Positions 49,151 through 58,948 of a stretch of DNA of 64,000 nt are shown piece after piece. Location: NCBI GenBank assembly GCA_965216755.1, contig CBDCGL010000011.1, positions 1,248,001 through 1,312,000 of the forward strand, read 5' to 3'. The DNA comes from Alphaproteobacteria bacterium. Lineage in GTDB: Bacteria; Pseudomonadota; Alphaproteobacteria; UBA7887. Within the stretch, counting starts at the first letter, position 1, and every line of letters starts with the position of its first letter. The notes under the pieces are model-generated. The model made no database searches. It was not told the DNA's origin and saw nothing but the letters and a program-made list of their open reading frames with translations. A program made the translations under genes and the position numbers.

Positions 49151-50644
49151 TTATGCTTCAATATAAGTCTTGGAGAAAGCGACGGTCGATGGTGTGGAGA
49201 CCCTTCGCAAGGGCACGCTAAATGTAACGGTCGTCCCCTTGCCGAGTGTACTTTCAATGTGAAACGTCCCGCCCATGGTATCAACCAGTTCTCGGCAAAT
49301 GGCCACGCCCAGCCCATTGCCGCTAAATGCACGGCGCACGTTCGGCTGCCCGTCGCCATAGGGGCCCAATAATTTCTCCTGCAAATCAGGAGCAATTCCT
49401 ATACCCGTGTCAGAGACCGACAAACACACGCGATCGCCAGCGGTTGGGTCATTGACAAGGCTGATGGCAATGCGTCCGGAAGATGTAAACTTCACGGCAT
49501 TGCTAACGACGTTCACCAAGATCTGTTTCAGTCGTTTCGGGTCTCCTTGGACCAGGTCGGGAATATCCGAGTCGACGGACACGACCAGATCGACCCCCTT
49601 TTGGTCTGTGAGTGACTTAAACATGTTGATCGTGCCGGCGATAATTTCTCCAAGGTCAAATGGCGTCTCTTGTAGTTCAATTTTGCCGGCGCTTAGTTTG
49701 GTGAAATCGAGCACGTTATCGATAACGCGCATCATATCGCTTGCGTGTGTTGCAATGGCACGGCTGTTTTCACTCTGCGCCGCGTCAAGTTCAGACCCTA
49801 ACAATAGGCGATTATGGCCAATGATGCCGTTCATCGGTGAGCGCAATTCATGGCTGGTCTGAGACAAGAAGCGCGATTTGGCGCGCAATTCGGCTTCGGC
49901 TGTTTGAGCGATCTCCAAGGCGTCGGTTAATTCGGTCGCGAGCGCCTGGTTTTGATACTTAAGCTCGATTGAAGTGCGCAACGTCTTGTTGAATTCCAAT
50001 CCGGCATAACCGAGAAAGCCAAGATAAACCCAAACGAGTGCCGCGAGCAGTCCACTGAACTCATGGCCTGATACGTAGAAACCAAAGGACAGCGCCACCA
50101 GCATCGGGACCAAGAATCCCAATGCCGAACTGAGAAATGCGACGAAAAGAACCAATCCGCCGGCTGATGTGCCAGCCAGCAAGATGGCCAGAAAGAGCCG
50201 CGCCTCTGCACTGATCTGCGGGTAGAAATAGGCCGCCGCCACAACCAGCGGCATTACCTCAAAAACTGATAAGCCAAAGTGAAGTTTTTCCCAGCCGCGC
50301 CAGTCTGATGCCGGACCTGGACCCAGAAAAAACGCACCGACCAAAGCCAGGATTGCCACAAAGACGGCCGCGTACAACCCGGCCCACGCCAATAGTGCCC
50401 CGTGACTTACCTCCTGCCAGAGGACATACCCAATTGCGCAGCACAGTATTGGGGCAGATAACGCGCCAACGGCTTGCTGCCGAAAGACAACTGTTGCGCG
50501 TTCAGAATAGGCGCGTGCTCCGGGGTCGTTGCGACGTTCGCCACTGTCCATGGGTACGGCCTGATCGGCGATACCCAATTCATCAAAGAGCGCGGGCGGC
50601 GGCGCATCCGCTGACTTAGCGTGGCTGGCTTGGTCGAGGTCCAT
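49151..50644 (-). CDS. Membrane sensor histidine kinase
   Basis: Five to six TMs; SHELRSPMNG, QILVNVVSNAVKFT, DTGIG, GLG; no adjacent response regulator. Confidence 0.9.
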   Translation of the reverse strand: MDLDQASHAKSADAPPPALFDELGIADQAVPMDSGERRNDPGARAYSERATVVFRQQAVGALSAPILCCAIGYVLWQEVSHGALLAWAGLYAAVFVAILALVGAFFLGPGPASDWRGWEKLHFGLSVFEVMPLVVAAAYFYPQISAEARLFLAILLAGTSAGGLVLFVAFLSSALGFLVPMLVALSFGFYVSGHEFSGLLAALVWVYLGFLGYAGLEFNKTLRTSIELKYQNQALATELTDALEIAQTAEAELRAKSRFLSQTSHELRSPMNGIIGHNRLLLGSELDAAQSENSRAIATHASDMMRVIDNVLDFTKLSAGKIELQETPFDLGEIIAGTINMFKSLTDQKGVDLVVSVDSDIPDLVQGDPKRLKQILVNVVSNAVKFTSSGRIAISLVNDPTAGDRVCLSVSDTGIGIAPDLQEKLLGPYGDGQPNVRRAFSGNGLGVAICRELVDTMGGTFHIESTLGKGTTVTFSVPLRRVSTPSTVAFSKTYIEA

Positions 50645-50905
50645 TCTGGCTTATTAACGCCTCGTTGACGGCCGCTGCTTATCAGATCGGCACAAGGAAT
50701 GCGCTGCTCCGAATCCCCATGCGGGTCTGAGAGATACGCGATACAAACCGCATCAAATCGGACAATGCGGCATAATTCATAGGGTAATCGTCTTAACAGG
50801 GAGTTTCGCCCAAAGAGAAAACGGCCGGGCCAGCGCGCAAAACGCAACAATCCAATCAACTGGGCTCTTCTTCGCACATGCCGTGCCGTGGACCGGAATA
50901 GGTAA

Positions 50906-51340
50906 TCACCACAACAAACTTTGTTTTGGTGGCCGGATAGGCTTCGAGAGCCAACTGGTGCCCCAATATGCCGTGCCAACGGTCGGATCGCCGGCATCGG
51001 GCTCGCCATTCTCCGATGCCATGGTTCCCAACAAGGTCCGAAAGCGGTTCATTACCGCGCGTTTGTTGTATCGCCCGGTGACCAGTTGCACTTTTTGGAG
51101 CCCCGCTTCTCCGCAAAAGAAACCGACCACCTCTTGCGTGTCGTGGGGCGTGCCCGGCGGATGCAGGGTAGCGCCCGTGACGTTTCCAACAGTCTCGGGG
51201 TACGTCGCGCCTTTCGCCTCGGCCACGGGCATGCCCCAATCAAGAAAAAACGGAGCATGACCCGCGTCGGCGCCGTCGGACGCGCCGATCCCCCACAGAC
51301 ACAAGCCACACGCAGTCCCAAACGCAGGTAGAACTCTCAT
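50906..51340 (-). CDS. Hypothetical exported protein (possibly frameshifted near the 3' end)
   Basis: GAGG RBS; signal-like N-terminus, APFFLDWGM; downstream of the aldolase gene. Confidence 0.45.
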   Translation of the reverse strand: MRVLPAFGTACGLCLWGIGASDGADAGHAPFFLDWGMPVAEAKGATYPETVGNVTGATLHPPGTPHDTQEVVGFFCGEAGLQKVQLVTGRYNKRAVMNRFRTLLGTMASENGEPDAGDPTVGTAYWGTSWLSKPIRPPKQSLLW

Positions 51341-51353
51341 GTCGAACCTCGAC

Positions 51354-53408
51354 TCACCTGGGCGCCGCGGCCATATTGCCACCGTCGACGGTCACGATCG
51401 ATCCGGTGGTTTTGTCCGCCATCGCCAAATCCACAAAAGCCCGAGCCACATCATCGGCCAGGACCTCACGGCCTAGTAGATTACCCGTCATGTAGTCGTC
51501 GATTGAAATTCCACGCGCATGTGCACGTGTCGCGATCATATCGTCGGTTACCAGACCCGATCGAACGCGATCCGCGTTTACTGCATTGGACCGTATACCG
51601 GCAGCGCCGTAATCAACTGCATACTGCTTGGCGAGGAACAAAGTGGCTGCTTTCGGAAGTCCGTAGGGTCCAAATTCGCGCCCCGGATTGAGAGCCTGCT
51701 TTGACGCGTTGAACAGCAGGACGCCACCAATGCCTTGGGCCACCATGATTTTTACGGCGGCCTGCGCAACAGTTTGGTGTGCGAAGAAATTGAGTTCGAA
51801 ACTCTCTCTGAGTTGTGCGTCCGAGACCTCACCCATACGCCCTTGCCATGCGGCCCCAGCGTTTGAAACAACGATGTCTAGGCCGCCAAAATGCGCGGCG
51901 ATGTCATCAAACGCCTTTTGCACATGGCCGCTGTCGGTCACATCGCAAGTTAGCCCCAAACCATTGATTTTCACGGCCGCTTTGCCAACAGCGGCCGCGT
52001 CGATATCTAGTATGGCGACTTCCGCGCCGGCGCGCGCAAAAGCGGTCGCAGTCGCCACGCCGATGGCGCCGGCACCGCCGGTCACGGCCACGATGCGTCC
52101 CGCCAACGGTTTTTCTTTGGCCTTGCCGAGTTTGGCTTGCTCCAACGACCAATACTCAATGTCGAACAAGTCTGAATCCGAAATGCTTTGGTATGTGCCG
52201 AGGCGCTCGGCATCGGCAATTACCTTGATATTGGCTTCGATCAAATCCGCCGCAATCTTGGATGCCTTGGCCGAATTGCCCAATCCGAACGCGCCGACGC
52301 CGGGGACCAGAATACTCCGTGGCATTGAATCAAGCTGCGTTCGGGCTGTGATTTGGCGCGCATTGTTGCGCGCAAAATAAGCCGCGTATTCGTCGCCGTA
52401 ACTATCCAGAGCGCGCCGAACCCCGGATGCCCAACGCGCCAGGTCATCGACACCTGGTGCAGGCACGACCAAGGGCCATGGCTTTATGCGAATTGCATGA
52501 TCCGGGGTAATCGGGCCGGCCCGTCCATAGCGGGCGACTTCCGCCCCGTTAACAAAAGCAAGGATACTTGGATCCGATCGCAGCGTCATGACCATCGGGC
52601 GATAACGCCCGTGGCCCCGGTCGCGCGGTTGCGCGATCATGCCACGTAGCAGAGGTGCGACGCGCGCCGCCGACGCGATTGTTGCCGGCAGCTCAACCGA
52701 CGGGAAATGCGACTTCGGCGCCTGCGAAATTCGATCCTCGGCCAAGCTGACCAAATCGACCATACGCTCGTACGACAGCTTAGCGCTGTCGCCAAAAGAG
52801 AAGATACCGTGCTTAAGGAGAACCAAGCCTTCACAATCGGGATTTTCGTCCAGCACCCGCGCCGCCGCTTTGGCAAGCGTAAATCCCGGCATGATGTAGG
52901 GGACGAGAGCGGCGCGCCGGCCAAATACCTCAGCGCATAGGTCAGCGCCGTTGGGTTGATCGGTGAGCGCCAATACGGCGTTGGCGTGCGTATGATCAAC
53001 GTACTTATGGGGTAGGAACGCGTGTAGCAATGTCTCAACGGATGGATTGGGAGCCGTACTGTCCAACAGATTGCCACGCTGGACGTTGACCATATCCTCG
53101 TCGCTGAGCGCATCCCGCTTTCGCAGGCGCCTGAGCGGCGCAAGACGGACTGCGGGAAGCCCCGCCGGCTCAATGTCCGCCATGCCCCAGCCCGACCCTT
53201 TGACGCACAGAACCTCGACCTCATCGCCGATAATGTCCGCCATGACCGTCTTGACCGAGGTGTTGCCGCCGCCGTGTAGCACCAAGCGCGGGTCCCGACC
53301 GAGCAAGCGGCTGGAGTAGACTCGCAATGCGAGCTCCCGCCCCACATTCTGACGGCCATAGTGGGCGACGGTCTCGTCGGCGTCGCCATCTGACCAAAGA
53401 CTTTCCAT
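51354..53408 (-). CDS. Bifunctional class II aldolase / short-chain dehydrogenase (RhaEW/YuxG-like)
   Basis: HGGGNTSVK, PSVETLLH..VDHTH, LKHG; EYWSLEQAKL; TGGAGAIG, SNAG, YGLPKA. Confidence 0.92.
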   Translation of the reverse strand: MESLWSDGDADETVAHYGRQNVGRELALRVYSSRLLGRDPRLVLHGGGNTSVKTVMADIIGDEVEVLCVKGSGWGMADIEPAGLPAVRLAPLRRLRKRDALSDEDMVNVQRGNLLDSTAPNPSVETLLHAFLPHKYVDHTHANAVLALTDQPNGADLCAEVFGRRAALVPYIMPGFTLAKAAARVLDENPDCEGLVLLKHGIFSFGDSAKLSYERMVDLVSLAEDRISQAPKSHFPSVELPATIASAARVAPLLRGMIAQPRDRGHGRYRPMVMTLRSDPSILAFVNGAEVARYGRAGPITPDHAIRIKPWPLVVPAPGVDDLARWASGVRRALDSYGDEYAAYFARNNARQITARTQLDSMPRSILVPGVGAFGLGNSAKASKIAADLIEANIKVIADAERLGTYQSISDSDLFDIEYWSLEQAKLGKAKEKPLAGRIVAVTGGAGAIGVATATAFARAGAEVAILDIDAAAVGKAAVKINGLGLTCDVTDSGHVQKAFDDIAAHFGGLDIVVSNAGAAWQGRMGEVSDAQLRESFELNFFAHQTVAQAAVKIMVAQGIGGVLLFNASKQALNPGREFGPYGLPKAATLFLAKQYAVDYGAAGIRSNAVNADRVRSGLVTDDMIATRAHARGISIDDYMTGNLLGREVLADDVARAFVDLAMADKTTGSIVTVDGGNMAAAPR

Positions 53409-53441
53409 AGAAACCCCTAGTTCAGGCCCCGAGTCGTGCCG

Positions 53442-54545
53442 CTAGGCCGCGTCGGCGGCATGCTCCGGATAAAGGCCCAGAAGCCCTTCGCGCGAGGCCG
53501 GACACACGCCACGCTCGGTTATTAATGCGGTCACCAGCCGCGACGGCGTGACATCGAATGCGTAATTGGCCGCCTGGCTATTCGGCGGAGTTAACGCCAC
53601 TGTGGTCACCGCGCCGCGATCGTCGCGTCCTGAAATCTCGGTGACTTCGCGTGGGTCCCGTTGCTCTATCGGCACTGACCCGATCCCGTCGCCGATTTTC
53701 CAATCAATTGTTGACGACGGCAGCGCCACATAAAACGGCACACGTGTATCCCGCGCCGCCAGAGCCTTCAAATACGTGCCGATCTTGTTGCAGACATCGC
53801 CATGTGCCGTGGTCCGGTCGGTGCCAACCAAACACATATCGACCATGCCATGTTGCATCAGATGGCCGCCCGCATTGTCGACAATCACCGTGTGCGGCAC
53901 TCCATGGCCACCAAGTTCCCACGCGGTCAATGAAGCGCCTTGATTGCGCGGTCGCGTTTCATCGACGAAAACATGTAGGGAAATGCCCTGTTCGTGTGCC
54001 GCATAAATCGGGGCCAACGCGGTACCCCAATCAACGGCGGCCAGCCATCCGGCGTTGCAATGGGTCAGCACGTTGACAGGTCGATCAGGTGCCGCGGCAT
54101 GGGCTTCCCGAATAAGCTCCGCACCGTGTGTCCCGATGCTCCGACACGTCGCGACGTCTTCATCGCAAATGGCCGCAGCCCGGGCATAGGCCAGAGCAAC
54201 GCGGCCTTCGCCGGTTGTGTCAGTCAAGCTTGCCCGCATCTGATTTAGCGCCCAGCGTAGATTGACCGCCGTCGGCCGTGTTTCGAGCAATTGCCGACAC
54301 GCCTCGTCCAACGCCTCGTCGCGGCCATCCGCGCGCAAGGCCAAGCACACACCGTATGCTGTGGTTGCGCCGATCAGCGGCGCGCCGCGTACCTGCATCG
54401 ACCGAATAGCCTGCGCCGCGTCGGCCACGGTTTCGAGTCGCGCCACCGCAAATTCATGCGGAAGCGCCGTTTGGTCGATGATATTCACCGCCCAACCGTC
54501 GTCCGCCAGCCAGATCGTCCGATAGGACTTATCACCAACTCTCAT
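53442..54545 (-). CDS. mtnA: S-methyl-5-thioribose-1-phosphate isomerase
   Basis: IIDQT.LP, MQVRGAPLIG, RPTAVNL, LTHCNAGWLA, DETRP, NKIGTY. Confidence 0.95.
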   Translation of the reverse strand: MRVGDKSYRTIWLADDGWAVNIIDQTALPHEFAVARLETVADAAQAIRSMQVRGAPLIGATTAYGVCLALRADGRDEALDEACRQLLETRPTAVNLRWALNQMRASLTDTTGEGRVALAYARAAAICDEDVATCRSIGTHGAELIREAHAAAPDRPVNVLTHCNAGWLAAVDWGTALAPIYAAHEQGISLHVFVDETRPRNQGASLTAWELGGHGVPHTVIVDNAGGHLMQHGMVDMCLVGTDRTTAHGDVCNKIGTYLKALAARDTRVPFYVALPSSTIDWKIGDGIGSVPIEQRDPREVTEISGRDDRGAVTTVALTPPNSQAANYAFDVTPSRLVTALITERGVCPASREGLLGLYPEHAADAA

Positions 54546-54667
54546 GGCATCCACGCCGCATTCCGACGGCGCGTAAGTTAAACGCTGTGCGAGACCACTT
54601 CAATTGTGGCTCAGACTGGTGCCGACACCTATACTCGCCGCCGCTTGAACGATAGTGGCGACCGCAC

Positions 54668-55963
54668 ATGATTCCACGCTACAGCCGACCAGAAATGGCG
54701 CAGATTTGGGCGCCGGAAACGCGTTTTCAAATCTGGCTTGATATTGAGCGCTATGCCTGCGAAGCGCAGGAGAAACTGGGCGTGATTCCATCCGGCGTTG
54801 CCACCGCACTTGAGCAACGGGGCCAATTTGACGTCGATCGAATCGCCGCGATCGAACGCGACGTAAAACATGACGTGATCGCGTTTCTCACCAACGTCGC
54901 CGAACATGTCGGCGAGGAAGCTCGATTTGTCCACCAGGGTCTGACTTCGTCGGACATTTTGGATACGTGTTTGGCGGTCCAGTTGTGCCGTGCGACGGAC
55001 TTGCTGATCGATGACGTGAACTCTGTATTGGCGGCGCTCAAGACCCGGGCCTATGAGTTCAAGGACGTGGTTTGCGTCGGCCGCAGCCACGCAATTCACG
55101 CGGAGCCGACGACATTCGGGCTGAAGTTGGCGTATGCACATGCCGAGTTTGCCCGCAACCTGACGCGGTTGAAGACAGCCCGAGACGAAATCGCGACCTG
55201 CGCCATTTCCGGGGCGGTTGGGACATTTGCCAATGTCGATCCGGAGGTGGAACGTCATGTCGCCAATCGGCTTGGTCTCTGTGTCGAAACCATATCGACG
55301 CAGGTCATTCCGCGCGACCGGCACGCCATGTTTTTTGCGGTTTTGGGTGTCGTCGCGTCATCGATCGAACGGCTCGCAACAGAAATTCGTCATTTGCAAC
55401 GCACTGAGGTGCGCGAAGCCGAGGAATATTTCGCCGTCGGTCAAAAAGGGTCCTCGGCCATGCCGCACAAACGCAATCCGGTTCTGACCGAGAATCTGAC
55501 CGGCTTGGCCCGGGTAATCCGCATGGCTGTCGTGCCCTCCTTGGAGAATGTCGCCTTGTGGCATGAGCGCGATATTTCTCACTCCTCGGTCGAGCGCGTG
55601 ATTGCCCCGGATTCCACGGTCACGCTTGATTTCGCCCTGACGCGGCTCGCCAGAGTCATCGAAACTCTGGTCGTTTACCCGGACGCAATGCGGCGGAATC
55701 TTGAGAAATTGGGCGGCCTCATTCATTCGCAACAGGTGCTGCTTGCCCTGACGCAAGCCGGAATGAGCCGCGAAAACGCATATGAAACGGTACAGCGCAA
55801 CGCCATGACGACTTGGACTGAGGGCGGCCGGTTTCTCGATCGCTTAGCCGCCGATCCCCAAGTATCCGCGCATCTGGACAAATCCGCGCTGAGCCTCCTT
55901 TTTGATATTTCCCACCACACGAAACACGTCGATACGATATTCGCGCGGGTCTTCGGGACATAG
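54668..55963 (+). CDS. purB: Adenylosuccinate lyase
   Basis: MIPRYSR, KHDVIAF, HQGLTSSD, GRSH, GSSAMPHKRNP, WHERDISHS. Confidence 0.97.
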   Translation: MIPRYSRPEMAQIWAPETRFQIWLDIERYACEAQEKLGVIPSGVATALEQRGQFDVDRIAAIERDVKHDVIAFLTNVAEHVGEEARFVHQGLTSSDILDTCLAVQLCRATDLLIDDVNSVLAALKTRAYEFKDVVCVGRSHAIHAEPTTFGLKLAYAHAEFARNLTRLKTARDEIATCAISGAVGTFANVDPEVERHVANRLGLCVETISTQVIPRDRHAMFFAVLGVVASSIERLATEIRHLQRTEVREAEEYFAVGQKGSSAMPHKRNPVLTENLTGLARVIRMAVVPSLENVALWHERDISHSSVERVIAPDSTVTLDFALTRLARVIETLVVYPDAMRRNLEKLGGLIHSQQVLLALTQAGMSRENAYETVQRNAMTTWTEGGRFLDRLAADPQVSAHLDKSALSLLFDISHHTKHVDTIFARVFGT

Positions 55964-55980
55964 CCAACAACCGGGCGTTA

Positions 55981-56664
55981 ATGGTCGACGGCGATACTCG
56001 GCTCATGGCGTACCCCGCAATACCCGCCGCCGTATTGTTGATCGTTTTCAACTGTGTGATTGCAGCAAGCGCCGTCGCGGCCGCGCGGGTTGAGACGCGT
56101 GTTGGCGATACGACGGTGTCCTTAATTGCGGACCCAGAATCCGGGTTGGTCGCATTGTCGAGCGACATCGGGATCAAGCTCGTCGACACTGTCAACGGGT
56201 TGATTTACTTGCTTGATCAGGGGCAACCGGCACGGGTTGTCGATCTAAAGAAGCTACCCGAGCCACGCATCGGAGGGCATGTTGTGGTTCAGAAAATCGG
56301 ACCTGGACCACGGATCGCGGGTTTTCCAACGTCGCGATTTCGGATTTGGTTCGACGGCCAGCTGTGCACGACCGTCGACGCCAATCTTTGGTTAAATCGG
56401 TCGCTCGATCCGGCGCCGCGTGCCTTCGAACTGTTGGATCGACTCAATATGGCTCTGTCGCCTGGTGCCGGCGCACCGTGCGAGCGCATCCCTTACCGTC
56501 ACTATAAGTGGATCGGATGGGGCATGCGCGTCGCGGATGTCAACGGCCAAGTCGTTGAAGCGACACTCGTCGAAGCTCACGCCGCAATTCCCGTAGGAGC
56601 ATTGCGTTTGCCGCTCGAGCCAACGGACGTGACCGACGCAATACTTGCGGCCGGTACGCGCTAG
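55981..56664 (+). CDS. Hypothetical exported protein (DUF4412-like)
   Basis: Signal peptide; KIGPGPRIAGFPT motif; two Cys. Confidence 0.55.
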   Translation: MVDGDTRLMAYPAIPAAVLLIVFNCVIAASAVAAARVETRVGDTTVSLIADPESGLVALSSDIGIKLVDTVNGLIYLLDQGQPARVVDLKKLPEPRIGGHVVVQKIGPGPRIAGFPTSRFRIWFDGQLCTTVDANLWLNRSLDPAPRAFELLDRLNMALSPGAGAPCERIPYRHYKWIGWGMRVADVNGQVVEATLVEAHAAIPVGALRLPLEPTDVTDAILAAGTR

Positions 56665-56733
56665 TGCCCTGGTTCCGGATCTTCGATGATTCTTGGTTGT
56701 TGGTTGGCGAAATCGCGATCCGTTCGGACATAA

Positions 56734-56823
56734 TTACGGTGACAGTTTACTAAATACACCATATTTTGACCTCTTGTGTCCCAAGCCACTACATTTTGTG
56801 TATTTAGTAAACTGTCACCGTAA
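56734..56823. repeat. 26-bp perfect inverted repeat (REP-like)
   Basis: TTACGGTGACAGTTTACTAAATACAC (56734-56759) / GTGTATTTAGTAAACTGTCACCGTAA (56798-56823), followed by partial echoes CACCGTAATT and CGTAATT. Confidence 0.85.
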
Positions 56824-56841
56824 CACCGTAATTCGTAATTG

Positions 56842-57162
56842 TTACTCACTCATGATTTGCTGTTTTGCGGTCTCGTAGAGCCGATCCATCTCCAGGCGTA
56901 TCTTGTGCTCGTCGATATCCAGGCCCTTGTCCGCAAAATCCTTTAGAACCTTTTCCACGACATCATCGGGCCCAGGTTTCTCAAAATCAGCCAGGACGAC
57001 GGTCTTGGCGTATGATTCTGCATCGGCGCCAGACAGGCCAAGCTTTGCCGCGGCCCAGGTACCAAGCAATTTGTTGCGCCGCGCCGTCGCCTTAAAGCGG
57101 AGTTCTTCGTCGTGCTCGAACTTCTTCTCCGCGCCGCGTTCACGTTCATCGAAAGTGGTCAT
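56842..57162 (-). CDS. DUF1476 protein (F1Fo-ATPase inhibitor zeta subunit)
   Basis: MTTFDERE..E.KF.HDEEL.FKA.ARRNKLLG.WAA. Confidence 0.92.
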   Translation of the reverse strand: MTTFDERERGAEKKFEHDEELRFKATARRNKLLGTWAAAKLGLSGADAESYAKTVVLADFEKPGPDDVVEKVLKDFADKGLDIDEHKIRLEMDRLYETAKQQIMSE

Positions 57163-57297
57163 GCCTTTCCCTACTATGCCTCTTTGTGCTCAGTATACCC
57201 CGCAATCGGACGGTGACGGGTGACATATTGTGCACGTCTGTGTCCGTTACTACCATCGCCGCCGCGTGCAAATAGGCCCTGAGAGCCCCACTCCAAG

Positions 57298-58056
57298 ATG
57301 TGTACCGTTGTCATACTGCGCCGCCCAGACCAAGACTGGCCGACAATCGTGGGGGCGAACCGCGATGAAATGCATCACCGGCCTTGGCAACCTCCGGCCC
57401 GACATTGGCGAGACCGCCGCGACGTACTCGCCGGCCGAGACGAATTGGCCGGTGGCAGTTGGTTGGGTCTCAATGACGACGGTGTGTTGGCCGCCGTGCT
57501 CAATCGCACGGGCGAACTAGGGCCTTCATCCGAAAAACGCTCGCGCGGCGAACTGGTGCTCGAGGCGCTGGATCACGCGGACGCAAGAACGGCCGCGGAA
57601 GCGCTCTCGACGCTCGACGCCCGTGCATACCGAGGGTTCAACTTGGTCATTGCTGATAATCGCGACGCCTTTTGGCTTCACGGTCGTGGTGGGACTGATC
57701 GCCATGTCCGTGCTCACGCGATTCCCGGCGGCCTATCGATGGTAACGGCGCATGACCTGAATGACACGGATTCGCCGCGTATTGCCCACTACCGAGCAAA
57801 GTTCGCGAATGCCACCGCACCAGACCCAGCCGCCAATTCATGGAAGTCTTGGGAAGCCTTGTTGGCGGATCGCGTTGGCAACCAGACATATGGTCCGACC
57901 GGCGCGATGTGTATAGAAACGGATCAGGGGTTTGGCACCATATCAAGCTCGCTGATTGCCCTGCCCGGTATAAATCTTTGGCCACAAAAACCCGTCTGGC
58001 GATTCTCCGCGGGGCCGCCGCAGGAAGACGGCTATAAACCAGTGGCGATGGACTGA
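57298..58056 (+). CDS. NRDE/TANGO2 family protein
   Basis: MCT, ANRDE...RP, GRD..AGGSWLG, SRG.LV. Confidence 0.92.
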   Translation: MCTVVILRRPDQDWPTIVGANRDEMHHRPWQPPARHWRDRRDVLAGRDELAGGSWLGLNDDGVLAAVLNRTGELGPSSEKRSRGELVLEALDHADARTAAEALSTLDARAYRGFNLVIADNRDAFWLHGRGGTDRHVRAHAIPGGLSMVTAHDLNDTDSPRIAHYRAKFANATAPDPAANSWKSWEALLADRVGNQTYGPTGAMCIETDQGFGTISSSLIALPGINLWPQKPVWRFSAGPPQEDGYKPVAMD

Positions 58057-58202
58057 CTCACCCGGTGACTCCAGGCGGCATCCGCTGATTGTTTCTTGGA
58101 TTAATCGATGGGTCCCATAGATTGTGCTGGCGAACGCGGCTTGCTAACGGCACCTTTAAACACAAAAGAATGCGCAAAACAGTACGAGGAGAGGAGATCA
58201 CA

Positions 58203-58724
58203 ATGAAGGCTAGAATTTTGGCGATCGGCACCGTCACCGCGATCATCGCCGCTTCCAGCGCTTGGGCCGGATCGGAGCGTGTCACGTTTCCAGAGGGTTT
58301 TAAGGATTCGTTCACGTACTTTATGACCAGCGAGCGCGCCGACAACAATCAAGTGCGCTTCCTCTATGCGAATGACTTGGCCATTCAGGGCGCCCGCGAA
58401 GGCGGCGCGCTACCGAACGGGGCACAGTTCGCTATGGAGGTTTTTGCAGCCCAAGTCGACGAGAACGGCGAACCAGTGCTGGACAGCGACGGTAAATTCA
58501 TACCGGAGATCTTGAAGGTCATCGCAGTCATGGAAAAGGGCGAAGGCTGGGGCAACGACTACCCCGAGGATGTTCGCAATGGGGACTGGGAATACGCCTT
58601 TTTTGCCCCGGACGGAGCATTGAAGGCCGATGTCGAGACCGGGCCATGCATGGAATGCCATTTACCGTACGCGGAGGACGACTACATCATCTATCGCGAT
58701 CAACTTGATGCGGCCGCTCAGTAA
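58203..58724 (+). CDS. Cytochrome P460 / c'-beta family periplasmic protein
   Basis: Signal peptide; FPEGF, LYAN, LPNG..FAME, VMEK, GDWEYA.F, C-terminal CMECH..DY; GGAG RBS. Confidence 0.85.
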   Translation: MKARILAIGTVTAIIAASSAWAGSERVTFPEGFKDSFTYFMTSERADNNQVRFLYANDLAIQGAREGGALPNGAQFAMEVFAAQVDENGEPVLDSDGKFIPEILKVIAVMEKGEGWGNDYPEDVRNGDWEYAFFAPDGALKADVETGPCMECHLPYAEDDYIIYRDQLDAAAQ

Positions 58725-58948
58725 TGAAACGCAAGGCGTTGATATAACAAAATGAATCTCTCCAATAAGGGTTGGAAATAGGCAATTCCAATCTAAGGGA
58801 GGCCGTCCTCGACGGCGTTGGCGATTAGTCCGCGCGCACGTTGTCGGTGGTCTCCTTTTGCGCTATTTAGGACCCATAAAGGCGGCCAGACGACTCGCGA
58901 TCAGGCCGTCTTTCGTTCTTTTCCAAGGCCGCCGAAGGGATCGCTTGC

